The notes under the pieces: generated by a model
Database searches by the model: none
Told to the model about the DNA's origin: nothing
The model's input: the letters and a program-made list of their open reading frames with translations, nothing else
Source: Candidatus Latescibacterota bacterium
GTDB taxonomy: Bacteria > Latescibacterota > UBA2968 > UBA8231
Direction of reading: 5' to 3'
Length of the DNA stretch: 64,000 nt
Assembly: GCA_965243025.1 (NCBI GenBank)
Contig: CBDETY010000003.1
Coordinates: forward strand, 2,592,001-2,656,000
Translations under genes and position numbers: made by a program
In this document: in pieces, positions 28,252 to 37,476 of the stretch
How positions within the stretch are numbered: position 1 is the stretch's first letter
Layout of the letters: each line of letters starts with the position of its first letter

Positions 28252-29945
28252 GCACGTCGACGGCAGCGGCCGGTCCCTGGAACAAGCGCTCGCTGCGCCA
28301 CCTGCTCGAGCGCACCGGCGAGTTCGCCACCGTCGTCGAGCTGGTCAACTCGCGCGGCGTCATCACCGAGCGCGGCGGCAGCAAGGTGATGCAGCTGGCG
28401 CGCGGCCTCGCCGACCTGCCGGGGATCCACGCCCTGAGCATCACCGACAACCCGGGCGGCAACGCCGTCCTCAGCGCCGACACCCTCGGCTTCGACCTGC
28501 TGTCGCGGGGGCAGGACGTCATCATCCACCTCTCCTGCAAGGACTGGAACCGCAACGGCCTGCAGAGCCACGCCTGGCAGCTGGCCAGCGAGGGGTTCGA
28601 GAGCATCCTCGCCCTGTCCGGGGACTACCCGGCCGACGGCTACAGCGGCCGCGCCAGCGGCGTCTTCGACATCGACTCGGTCGGCCTCCTCAAGATGCTC
28701 TCCGACATGAACCAGGGACTGGAGACGCGGACTCCCAGGGGCCGCCGGGCGCGCATGAAACGGACCGACTTCTTCCTCGGGGCCGTCGTCAACAACTACA
28801 AGCGCCACGAGCGCGAGGTCATGCCCCAGTACTTCAAGCTCGCCGCCAAGGCCGCCGCCGGGGCCGCCTTCGTCATCAACCAGATCGGCTACAACGCCCG
28901 CAAGATGGACGAGCTGATCAAGTACATGGCGCTCAAGGGGATGGACGTTCCGGTGCTCGCCAACGTCTACGTCCTCAGCGGGCCGGCGGCGCGCTACTTC
29001 CACGCCGGCCGCATCCCCGGGGTGGTGGTCTCGGACGAGCTGCTCGCCGAGGTCGAGAGGCACGCCCGCGGCAGGGACAAGGGCAAGGGGTTCCTCCTCG
29101 AGTTCGCCGCCAGGCAGTGCGCCGTCGCCCGCGGCCTCGGCTACCGCGGCGCCTACCTCGGAGGCCACCTCAAACAGGATGATTACGCGCGCATCCTCGA
29201 GCTGACCGCCTCCTTCGGCGACGGCGACTGGCGGGACTTCGCCGCCGACTTCCGCTACGGTTTCCCGGACGAGTTCCACTTCTTCGAGGCCGACCCGGAG
29301 ACCGGTCTCTCCTCGACGGAGATCAACCGCGAGTACGAGGCTTCGCGAACCCCCCGGGCCCGGCGCGCCCTGCGCCGCAAGGTGCCGCTTGCCTACAAGC
29401 TCAACCGGGCCGCCCACGAGGTCCTGTTCGAGCCGGACCGCCCGGCGTTCAGGGCCGGGGAAAAGCTGTTCGCAGCCGCCGAGAAGAAGGAGGGAGCGCG
29501 CAGGCTGCTTCACGCCGCCGAGCAGGCGGTAAAAGTGCCGGCCTTCGACTGCCGCGACTGCGGCGACTGCTCGCTGCCGGACATCGCCTTCCTCTGCCCG
29601 GAGTCGCAGTGCGTCAAGAACCAGCGCAACGGCCCCTGCGGGGGAACCCGCGACGGCAAGTGCGAGGTCGGCGAGAAGGAGTGCATCTGGGCGCGGGCCT
29701 ACGATCGCCTGAAAGCCTACGGCGAGGAGGAAGCGATGCTCGAGCGGCCGGTCGTCTACCGCAACGGCACCCTCGAAGGGACCAGCGCCTGGGGCAACAC
29801 CTTCCTCGGGCGCGACCACCACGCCGCGAACCCTTCGGGTTCGTGCCGGGAACAGCGAAGCCGTTCCCCTGAAACGCTCGAAGAGGGTTCCGCGAACCAC
29901 TCCGGGCCGCGGGCGGAAAAACCTTTCACGGAAAAAAGCGAATGA
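28248..29945 (+). CDS. metF: Methylenetetrahydrofolate reductase fused to a C-terminal MetV-like Cys-rich domain
   Basis: ITDNPGG, HLSCKDWNR, LALSGD and GA.FVINQ, then CRDCGDC...CP..QC.KNQRNGPCGG...CEV...CIW. Confidence 0.85.
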   Translation: MSTSTAAAGPWNKRSLRHLLERTGEFATVVELVNSRGVITERGGSKVMQLARGLADLPGIHALSITDNPGGNAVLSADTLGFDLLSRGQDVIIHLSCKDWNRNGLQSHAWQLASEGFESILALSGDYPADGYSGRASGVFDIDSVGLLKMLSDMNQGLETRTPRGRRARMKRTDFFLGAVVNNYKRHEREVMPQYFKLAAKAAAGAAFVINQIGYNARKMDELIKYMALKGMDVPVLANVYVLSGPAARYFHAGRIPGVVVSDELLAEVERHARGRDKGKGFLLEFAARQCAVARGLGYRGAYLGGHLKQDDYARILELTASFGDGDWRDFAADFRYGFPDEFHFFEADPETGLSSTEINREYEASRTPRARRALRRKVPLAYKLNRAAHEVLFEPDRPAFRAGEKLFAAAEKKEGARRLLHAAEQAVKVPAFDCRDCGDCSLPDIAFLCPESQCVKNQRNGPCGGTRDGKCEVGEKECIWARAYDRLKAYGEEEAMLERPVVYRNGTLEGTSAWGNTFLGRDHHAANPSGSCREQRSRSPETLEEGSANHSGPRAEKPFTEKSE

Positions 29946-31018
29946 AGCTGCAGGACCCCGATCTCGATTTCATCATCATCGGCGAGAACATCCACACCAC
30001 GCGGGTGGTGATGCGCCGCGGCAAGCTCGTGACCGCCGACCCCGACGGCCGCGAAGCGGTGCGTTACACCTCCGCCGCGGGGGAACGCCGCCACCTCGTG
30101 ATCCCCGAGGCGGTGAAGCGCACCCAGGATTACGAGGAGGGGCGCGTCAAGCACGTCAAGATCGCCCTGCAGGCAGCGATGGCCGGCGGCGGCGAAGCGG
30201 CTGCCGAGGGGATGCAGTACCTCCAGCGGCTGATCCAGCGCCAGGAACAGGGGGGGGCCGACTTCCTCGACCTCAACGTCGACGAGATCTCGCTGAAGCT
30301 CGAAGAGCAGAAAGAGGCGATGGCCTGGCTCGTGCGCACGGTTCAGGGCATGACCGGTGTTCCGGTCTCCGTCGATTCCTCCAACGTCGAGACCATCGCC
30401 ACCGGCCTGGAGGAGTGCGACCAATCGAAGGGCAGGCCGCTGCTCAACTCCGCCTCGCTCGAGCGCATCGAGGCCCTCGATCTCGCCGTCGAGCACGGCG
30501 CCGGCGTCATCGTCACCGCGGCCGGCGATTCCGGAATGCCGGAGAGCGCCGGGGAGCGCATCGACAATGCCTCGCGCATGGTGGATGCGGCTTTCGAGAG
30601 AGGGATCGCCGACAGCGACATCTACATCGACCCGCTGATCTTCCCGATCTCGGTGGACGGCCGCTTCGGGATCCACAGCTTCGACGCCATCCGCGGCCTG
30701 CGCGAGAAGTACGGCCCCCGCATCCACATCACCGGGGGGATGAGCAACGTCTCCTTCGGCATCCCGAGCCGCAAGTGGATCAACGACGTCTTCATGGTCC
30801 TCGCGGTCGAGGCCGGGGCCGACAGCGGCATCATAGATCCGGTGACCAGCCGGCCGGACAAGGTGTTCGCCCTCGACCGCGGCTCGCGTCCCTACCGGCT
30901 GGCCGAGGAGGTGCTGATGGGCCGGGACGAGCACTGCGCCGGGTACATCCGCGCCTGGCGCCAGGGGGAGCTCGGGGACGGCGGCCCCCGGCGGCGCCGG
31001 CCGCGGCCGGGGAAATGA
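29942..31018 (+). CDS. Methyl-THF:corrinoid methyltransferase (pterin-binding/AcsE-like; split MetH module)
   Basis: IIIGENIH, GADFLDLNVD, SVDSS, LLNS, IYIDP and GGMSNVSFG. Confidence 0.88.
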   Translation: MKLQDPDLDFIIIGENIHTTRVVMRRGKLVTADPDGREAVRYTSAAGERRHLVIPEAVKRTQDYEEGRVKHVKIALQAAMAGGGEAAAEGMQYLQRLIQRQEQGGADFLDLNVDEISLKLEEQKEAMAWLVRTVQGMTGVPVSVDSSNVETIATGLEECDQSKGRPLLNSASLERIEALDLAVEHGAGVIVTAAGDSGMPESAGERIDNASRMVDAAFERGIADSDIYIDPLIFPISVDGRFGIHSFDAIRGLREKYGPRIHITGGMSNVSFGIPSRKWINDVFMVLAVEAGADSGIIDPVTSRPDKVFALDRGSRPYRLAEEVLMGRDEHCAGYIRAWRQGELGDGGPRRRRPRPGK

Positions 31019-32028
31019 AACCGCTTCTCGAGCGCCTGGAGGAAGGCCCCCTGCTCTACGACGGGGCCTTCGGCACCGAGCTGTTCGCCCGCGGCATCGA
31101 GCTGCCGAACAGCGCCGTGGCCAACCAGCTGCACCCGGACGCCGTCGTCGACATCCACCGCAGCTACATCGAGGCGGGCGCCGGGATGATCCACGCCAAC
31201 ACCTTCGTCGGCTCGCCTCTTCACCTCGAGATGGCCGATCCCGAAGCGGACGCAGGGCGCATCGCCGCCCTCGCCGCCTCCCACGCCCGCCGCGCCGTTG
31301 CCGAGTCGGGGCGGGACGTCTACGTCGCCGGCAGTATCGGGCCCTCCCCGGGCGCCATCGAGGCGGATGCCGGCGACACCGACTTCGGCATCCCGGACGC
31401 CAAGGTCCGCGACGCCCACCGGCGGGTGGCCGGGGCCCTCGCCGAGGGCGGGGTCGACCTCTTCGTCATCGAGACGATGTTCTCCGCCAACGAAGCGGCG
31501 ATCGCCGTCGACGTGGCGCGCCGCTTCGGGCTTCCGGTCGCCCTGTGCCTGACCTACAAGTACACCCGGGACCGCACCACCCGGGAGATCGTCTACCGGA
31601 CCGACTGGGGCCACTCCGCGGAGGATTTGCTCGAGATCCTCGCCTCGGGGGAGCTCTCCGGCGGCGACGACCTCCTCGAGTCGGTCGACCTGCTCGGGCT
31701 GAACTGCGGCGCCGAGCAGCGGCGCCGCGAGCACACCGGCATGCCGTACGCCCTGCTCGGAATCGAGCAGCTCAACGCGGCGATGGACGCCCGGGGCATG
31801 GCCCGCAAGAAGACGATCGCCTACCCGAACGCCGGCATGCCCCGGCTCGACGAGCAGCAGCGCACCGTGTACTCGCAGTCGCCGGAAGAGATGGCGGGGG
31901 AGGTCCCCGCCCTGCTCGCGGCCGGGGCCGCGGTCGTCGGAGGGTGCTGCGGGACCGGACCGGACCATATCCGCGGGTTCGCCGCAGCCATGGACGGGGA
32001 CGGATCGCCGCAGCCTCGGGAGGACTAG
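31015..32028 (+). CDS. Homocysteine S-methyltransferase (split MetH module)
   Basis: YDGAFGTEL, IHRSYIEAGA, AGSIGP, IETM, GLNC, YPNAG and GGCCGT. ATGA overlap. Confidence 0.9.
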   Translation: MKPLLERLEEGPLLYDGAFGTELFARGIELPNSAVANQLHPDAVVDIHRSYIEAGAGMIHANTFVGSPLHLEMADPEADAGRIAALAASHARRAVAESGRDVYVAGSIGPSPGAIEADAGDTDFGIPDAKVRDAHRRVAGALAEGGVDLFVIETMFSANEAAIAVDVARRFGLPVALCLTYKYTRDRTTREIVYRTDWGHSAEDLLEILASGELSGGDDLLESVDLLGLNCGAEQRRREHTGMPYALLGIEQLNAAMDARGMARKKTIAYPNAGMPRLDEQQRTVYSQSPEEMAGEVPALLAAGAAVVGGCCGTGPDHIRGFAAAMDGDGSPQPRED

Positions 32029-32029
32029 A

Positions 32030-32296
32030 ATGGCCGTCTACCAGATCCTCTACTGGCAGGACATTCCCGCCCAGGTCCGCGTCTTCGACGGGCGCCGGCC
32101 GCTGGCGCGGCAGATGCCCGACCGCTTCCAGGAGGCCATCGACCGGACGGCGATGGAACAGGGGCTCGAGGGAACCGACGACTACCTCGAGCAGTGGAGC
32201 TGGACCGCCAGGCAGGAGCGGCCCGGCAGCCCGCAGGAAGTGCTCGAGGCGCTCCTGGCCGAGCTCGAAGAGGAGTACGACCGCGGGGACTCATGA
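32030..32296 (+). CDS. 'Virulence factor' family small protein (PF13769-like)
   Basis: YWQDIPAQV...[13 protein letters not shown]...TDDYL..W signature. Confidence 0.75.
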   Translation: MAVYQILYWQDIPAQVRVFDGRRPLARQMPDRFQEAIDRTAMEQGLEGTDDYLEQWSWTARQERPGSPQEVLEALLAELEEEYDRGDS

Positions 32297-34185
32297 GCAC
32301 CTACCCCAAGACCTACGACGTCATCGTCGTCGGGGGCGGCCACGCCGGCACCGAGGCGGCCCTCGCCGCCGCCCGCATGGGGGCGGAGACCCTGCTGCTG
32401 ACCATGAACCTCGACACGGTGGCGCAGATGTCCTGCAACCCGGCCATCGGCGGCATCGGCAAGGGGCACATGGTGGTGGAGATCGACGCCCTCGGCGGCG
32501 CCATGGCCCTCAACACCGACCGCTCGGGGATCCAGTTCCGGCGCCTGAACACCAGCCGCGGCCCCGCGGTGCGCGCCTGCCGCGCCCAGTGCGACAAGAA
32601 GGCCTACCACCTCGAAATGAAGTACACCTGCGAGGCGCAGGAACGCCTCGATCTGCGCCAGGGCATGATGGAGAGCCTGGTCGTCGAACAGGGCCGGGTC
32701 AGGGGGGTCGGCGTCAAGGGGGGGATTCTCTACCCGGGACGCACCGTCGTGCTGACGACCGGCACCTTCCTCAGGGGGCGGATCCACGTCGGCGACTTCA
32801 GCTACAGCTCCGGCCGCGCCGGGGAAGCGGCGGCGGACAAGGCCTCGGAGGGGCTCGCATCCCTCGGGTTCGAGATCGGCCGCCTGAAGACCGGCACGCC
32901 GCCGCGGGTCAACGGGCGCAGCATCGACTTCGAGGCCCTCGAGAGGCAGCCGGGCGACGACCCGCCGCGGATGTTCTCGTCCGAAAGCGAGGCGCCGGTG
33001 CTGCCGCAGATGCCCTGCTGGATCGCCTACACGAACAGCGAAACCCACGACCTGATCCGCGACAACCTCGGCCGCTCGGCCATGTACAGCGGCCGCATCG
33101 AGGGGGTGGGCCCGCGCTACTGCCCCTCCATCGAGGACAAGATCGTCAAGTTCGCCGACCGCGAGCGCCACCAGATCTTCGTCGAGCCGGAGGGAGTCCG
33201 CACCCTCGAGTTCTACATCAACGGCCTGTCGATGAGCCTGCCGGAAGAGCTCCAGCACGACATCCTGCGCACCGTTCCCGGCCTCGAGCGGGCCGAGATC
33301 ATGCGGCCCGCCTACGCCGTCGAGTACGACTACGCGCCGCCGACCCAGCTGCACGCATGGCTGGAAACCAAGCTCGTAGACTCCCTCTTCTTCGCAGGCC
33401 AGATCAACGGCACCACCGGGTACGAGGAGGCCGCCGCCCAGGGCCAGCTCGCCGGCATCAACGCCGTGCTCAAGGGGCGCGGCGAGGAGCCGTTCGTGCT
33501 GCACCGCTCCGATGCCTACATGGGGGTGCTGGTCGACGACCTCGTGACCAAGGGAACGCCGGAGCCGTACCGGATGTTCACCTCGCGCGCCGAGTACCGC
33601 CTGCTGCTGCGCGAGGACAACGCCGATTTCCGGCTGATGGAACACGGGCGCCGCTTCGGCATGGTGGGAGACGGCGCCTGGAGCCGGTTCCGGCGCAAGC
33701 AGCGGGACGTCGCCGGAGAGCTGGCGCGCCTGCGCAGCGTGCGCGTCCGGCCCGGGGAGGGAGTGAACGAGGTGCTGGAAAGGCAGGGAACGGCGAAGAT
33801 CTCCGAAGCGGCCCTGCTCGCCGACCTGCTGCGCAGGCCGCAGCTCGGCTACGGGGAAATCTGCGAGCTGTCGCCGCCGCCGAAGGCCCTGACCGCCGAC
33901 GCCGCCGAGCACGTCGAGGCGGAGATAAAGTACGAGGGGTACATCGACCGGCAGCAGCACGAGGTCGCCAAGGTCCGGCGCCTCGAGGAGCTCGCCATAC
34001 CCGCGGATTTCGACTTCGAGGCGGAGGCGGACAAGCTGTCGACCGAAGCCCGCCAGAAGCTCTCCACGGTGCGGCCCCGCACCTTGGGGCAGGCATCCCG
34101 GATCTCAGGGGTCTCCCCGGCGGACGTCTCCTCCCTGATGGTCATCCTGCACGCCCGGGGCGGCCCCAAAGCGGGGGGCGGGTAG
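32293..34185 (+). CDS. mnmG: tRNA uridine 5-carboxymethylaminomethyl modification enzyme MnmG (GidA)
   Basis: [52 protein letters not shown] and [10 protein letters not shown]. Confidence 0.97.
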   Translation: MSTYPKTYDVIVVGGGHAGTEAALAAARMGAETLLLTMNLDTVAQMSCNPAIGGIGKGHMVVEIDALGGAMALNTDRSGIQFRRLNTSRGPAVRACRAQCDKKAYHLEMKYTCEAQERLDLRQGMMESLVVEQGRVRGVGVKGGILYPGRTVVLTTGTFLRGRIHVGDFSYSSGRAGEAAADKASEGLASLGFEIGRLKTGTPPRVNGRSIDFEALERQPGDDPPRMFSSESEAPVLPQMPCWIAYTNSETHDLIRDNLGRSAMYSGRIEGVGPRYCPSIEDKIVKFADRERHQIFVEPEGVRTLEFYINGLSMSLPEELQHDILRTVPGLERAEIMRPAYAVEYDYAPPTQLHAWLETKLVDSLFFAGQINGTTGYEEAAAQGQLAGINAVLKGRGEEPFVLHRSDAYMGVLVDDLVTKGTPEPYRMFTSRAEYRLLLREDNADFRLMEHGRRFGMVGDGAWSRFRRKQRDVAGELARLRSVRVRPGEGVNEVLERQGTAKISEAALLADLLRRPQLGYGEICELSPPPKALTADAAEHVEAEIKYEGYIDRQQHEVAKVRRLEELAIPADFDFEAEADKLSTEARQKLSTVRPRTLGQASRISGVSPADVSSLMVILHARGGPKAGGG

Positions 34186-34473
34186 GCCACGCCCGCTCCG
34201 CCACTGCTTCTCAGCCCGGTGTGGCTGAATCATCCAGGTTTTTGAATCCTGCCTGATCCCGGCGGCTGATGTACCGTCGCCGTGAAGGTCTTCCACCTCT
34301 TCGGGCCACGGCGCGAAATGCTGAAGCGATACGGCCGCACCCCACGTCGAGGGGGATGGGCGGATTGCCGGTGAGATTCCCCTCGAATCAACCGACGCGG
34401 AACTGAGCGTCCGCTACGCCTGCCCCGATGGGCCGTGGGAGGGGGACGCCAACAGAAGCGGGTAACCCTCAGA

Positions 34474-34592
34474 TCAGTAGACGGGGATCTCGTTCCCCGC
34501 CTCGCCTGTGACGAAGTCGGACATCACCCAGAAACCGGACACGAAGACGTGCCCGAGGATGAGCCCCAGAAACAGGGGCCGCAGGCGATGGC
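34474..34592 (-). pseudogene. Orphan C-terminal fragment of a DUF6784-like membrane protein
   Basis: Manual translation HRLRPLFLGLILGHVFVSGFWVMSDFVTGEAGNEIPVY*, paralogous to the C-terminus of the 35338..37275 protein (MKPFFLGLILGEVSVSGVW). Confidence 0.7.
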
Positions 34593-34594
34593 AG

Positions 34595-34889
34595 CCTCTG
34601 CGAAGCCGGCCAGCCGTGAGCCGTTGACGATGTAGATGTCGACGTCGCCGTCGTTGTCGTTGTCGTAGTCGAAAACAGACGTGCCCCCCGTCGTGCTTTC
34701 GACGATGCAGGCCTTGTACGGCGTGCCCGATAACGTCAGCAAGTCCACACCGCTCTGCTCGGCTACGTCGACGAAGGTCGGCGTCTGTTGCGCCGGGGCA
34801 GGCGCATTGCCCTCGCCGGCAGGCAGCGATGCGGCGCCCAGCAGCGCCGGGAGCATCAACCTCAGGGCGGGTTCACTACTGCCGCTCAC
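34595..34889 (-). pseudogene. N-terminal fragment of a CRTAC1/ASPIC-UnbV (FG-GAP) family protein
   Basis: Signal peptide then PTFVDVAEQSGV...IVESTTGG..VFDYDNDNDGDVDIYIVNG. Truncated after the first FG-GAP repeat. Confidence 0.7.
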
Positions 34890-34949
34890 CGCGACTCCAG
34901 CTGCGCGGTGCGCGTGCGCACGTCGCTCAGACGTCCGTCATCGGGCTTA

Positions 34950-35170
34950 CATGCAGTGTACTGCGCGTGGCAGGTTGCACCCCCGGTTTCCCAGCAGTGG
35001 AGGTGGTCGCTTATCAGGTGCGGGGAGACGCCCTGCTATCTCAGCATCCTCGGTACCGAACCGTCGAATGGCTCGAGCGGCCCCCACGACCGGTGCAGGA
35101 AGTTCGGCCGACCCGTGTGCAGGTCGCGACGCGCCGGCATGCATGGCATCGAGCAGATGGAGCTCTTGTA
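34950..35170 (-). pseudogene. Sulfatase gene fragment
   Basis: Manual translation SMPCMPARRDLHTGRPNFLHRSWGPLEPFDGSVPRMLR*QGVSPHLISDH: CxPxRxxxxTG signature with an in-frame TAG and no start or C-terminus. Confidence 0.75.
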
Positions 35171-35337
35171 CCCGCCATTGCGGTGATTTCCATACTCCAC
35201 TCGAGACAGATGCCCGGGCAGACAGGGCTGCCAAATGGACGCAGGGTCTGCTCACCGTAAGTTATGCAGATCCTGAAGCCGGAGCATCCGGCTCGGTGCT
35301 GCGCGGTCTCCCCCGATTCTATCGCCAACGAACTTTC

Positions 35338-37275
35338 TTGTACCGGTCCATCACACAGTCACCCTTCAGCCTGAAGGGTCTCGCCACCGGCATAGCTCTC
35401 AGCATCCTCGTCGGCGTCGTCGCGCCGCTCGGCGCCGTCTTTCAGTATTTCCTCATTGGCTTCAACCCGTCGTCACCGGGAGCGATCTTCTTTTTTCTCG
35501 TCCTCACGCTCGTCGTCAACGTCATCCTGCGCATTGTCAGCAAGCGTCTGGAGCTGTCGCGAGCCGACCTCGTCCTCATCTATTGCATGCTCCTCATGGC
35601 CGTCACCATGCCGACGTGGGGCCTCGGCTTTTTCCTGCTGGGAACGATCGTCTTCCCGTACTACTACGCGACTACGGAAAACCGCTTTGCCGAGCTCTTC
35701 CACGAGCTCATTCCACGCTGGATGACACCCCAGGACCCGGAGGCGATCAGGCTCTATTACGAAGGTCTGCCCAAGGGGGCGCCGATCCCGTGGGGGCCCT
35801 GGATCGAACCCCTCGGCTGGTGGTTCGCTTTCATCATCGCCCTCGGTCTCTGCCTCGTCTGCATGAGCGCCATCCTCCACCGCCAGTGGTCCGTCCACGA
35901 GCGCCTCAGTTACCCGATGGTACAACTTCCGCAGCAGATGATCGAAGAAGGGGGTGAGGGCTCCCGGGTGGCGCCGCTCTTCAGGCGCAAACTCATGTGG
36001 TTCGGGTTCGCCGTGCCCTTCCTCATCTTCAGTCTCGACGGCCTCCATCACTTCTTCCCGATTGTTCCCGAGTTCGGCTTCTTCCACCCGGCTTTCAGCT
36101 GGTTCCGCGGCACGGTCAGCCTCGTCTTCGCATTCAGTTTTGCCTGGGTCGGATTTTTCTACCTCGCCAGCCTCGAGCTCTCCTTCAGCATCTGGTTCTT
36201 CTACGTGTTCTGTAAGGTCGAGGAGGGGATTTTCAAGGTGCTCGGCATCAGCAGCACCGAAAAACTCAGCTCGTACGAATACTCCCAGCCGGCCGACCTG
36301 ACCCACCAGGCGGCGGGGGCGACCATCGTCCTCGTCCTGTTCGGTTTATGGACAGCGCGAGTTCATCTGAAGGAGGTGTTCCTGAAGGCGTGGAATCCCG
36401 CCACAGACATCGACGACAGCGAAGAGCTCCTGCCCTACCGGTCTGCTGTGCTTGGTTTTCTGGGATCGCTGCTCTTCATCACGGTCTGGCTGTGGCGCTC
36501 CGGCGTGCCTCCCGTCGTCCTGCCCGTGCTTGTCATCATCAGTCTCATCTTCTTCATCCTCGTCGCCCGGGTCGTGGCCACAGCCGGCGTTGCCACGGCG
36601 CGCAGTCCCATCGTACCCGCCTATTTCATCATCTCCGGCCTCGGCACGACCATCCTCGGCGCCAAGGGACTCATCGCCCTCAACTTCACCTTCATCTGGC
36701 AGGGCGAGTCCCGCACGTCGCCGATGGTCGCCTGTTCGAATGGGCTAAAGCTTGCCGAGATGATTCGCGGACCAAAAGGGATCCTGTTCTGCGGTTTAAT
36801 GCTCGCCCTCATCTGCAGTCTCGCCGCCGCCACTTTCACGAGCATGCAGCTGGCGTACGAATACGGTGCCGTGAACCTGTTCCTTCTCGACCGGGCCGGG
36901 GGCCATGGGTGGCCGTACATCGGACCGACAATCCTGGAGATGCCGGAGGTCGATGTGCGGGGCTGGCTCTTCACTGCACTCGGCGGACTCGCTGAGGGAT
37001 TCCTGGTCTGGGCCCAGCACCGCTGGTTCTGGTGGCCCCTGCACCCGATCGGCTTTGCCATCGGCGTCGGCTGGCTCACCGGCCACATCTGGTTTTCGTG
37101 CATGGTCGCCTGGGTCATCAAACTCGTCATCGTGCATATCTGGGGTGTCCGCACGTTTCAGATGATGAAGCCTTTTTTCCTCGGCCTCATTCTCGGCGAG
37201 GTCTCGGTGAGCGGCGTCTGGGGATCCATCTACCCCTTCGTTACCGACACCGGCAAGTGGTTGACGGTCATGTGA
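35338..37275 (+). CDS. DUF6785/DUF6784-like polytopic membrane protein (putative peptide/oligosaccharide transporter)
   Basis: About 16 hydrophobic segments, W..W..PL.WW, RQW...ERL.YP, WWPLHPIG and PFFLGLILGE. Start placed at TTG 35338; the upstream part of the track ORF is antisense to remnants. Confidence 0.8.
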   Translation: MYRSITQSPFSLKGLATGIALSILVGVVAPLGAVFQYFLIGFNPSSPGAIFFFLVLTLVVNVILRIVSKRLELSRADLVLIYCMLLMAVTMPTWGLGFFLLGTIVFPYYYATTENRFAELFHELIPRWMTPQDPEAIRLYYEGLPKGAPIPWGPWIEPLGWWFAFIIALGLCLVCMSAILHRQWSVHERLSYPMVQLPQQMIEEGGEGSRVAPLFRRKLMWFGFAVPFLIFSLDGLHHFFPIVPEFGFFHPAFSWFRGTVSLVFAFSFAWVGFFYLASLELSFSIWFFYVFCKVEEGIFKVLGISSTEKLSSYEYSQPADLTHQAAGATIVLVLFGLWTARVHLKEVFLKAWNPATDIDDSEELLPYRSAVLGFLGSLLFITVWLWRSGVPPVVLPVLVIISLIFFILVARVVATAGVATARSPIVPAYFIISGLGTTILGAKGLIALNFTFIWQGESRTSPMVACSNGLKLAEMIRGPKGILFCGLMLALICSLAAATFTSMQLAYEYGAVNLFLLDRAGGHGWPYIGPTILEMPEVDVRGWLFTALGGLAEGFLVWAQHRWFWWPLHPIGFAIGVGWLTGHIWFSCMVAWVIKLVIVHIWGVRTFQMMKPFFLGLILGEVSVSGVWGSIYPFVTDTGKWLTVM

Positions 37276-37476
37276 GGCGCCGGCGCACTGTCCAAACCCG
37301 ATCTGCCGCCATCCACACCATGCCGGTCCCGCGAAAAAAGCAGATTGCCGGGTTTGTCGACGAAACAGGTCATCAACCCGGATGTCCAACCATGCGGAAG
37401 GACATGAAACCGGTTGCTGTCGGGCGCCAACCTGCATCACATCTACTTTGTCGCTTTCTGTTCGAGGAACTGAGAC

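Noticed and set aside
34681-35337. N-terminal extension of the 864-aa ORF
   Set aside because: Low-complexity translation, antisense to the CRTAC1 and sulfatase remnants; homology to the paralog begins at SPFSLKG.
37290-37430. Minus-strand LPHGWTSGLMTCFVDKPGNLLFS resembling a Reg_prop propeller repeat
   Set aside because: Too short and degenerate to support without a search.
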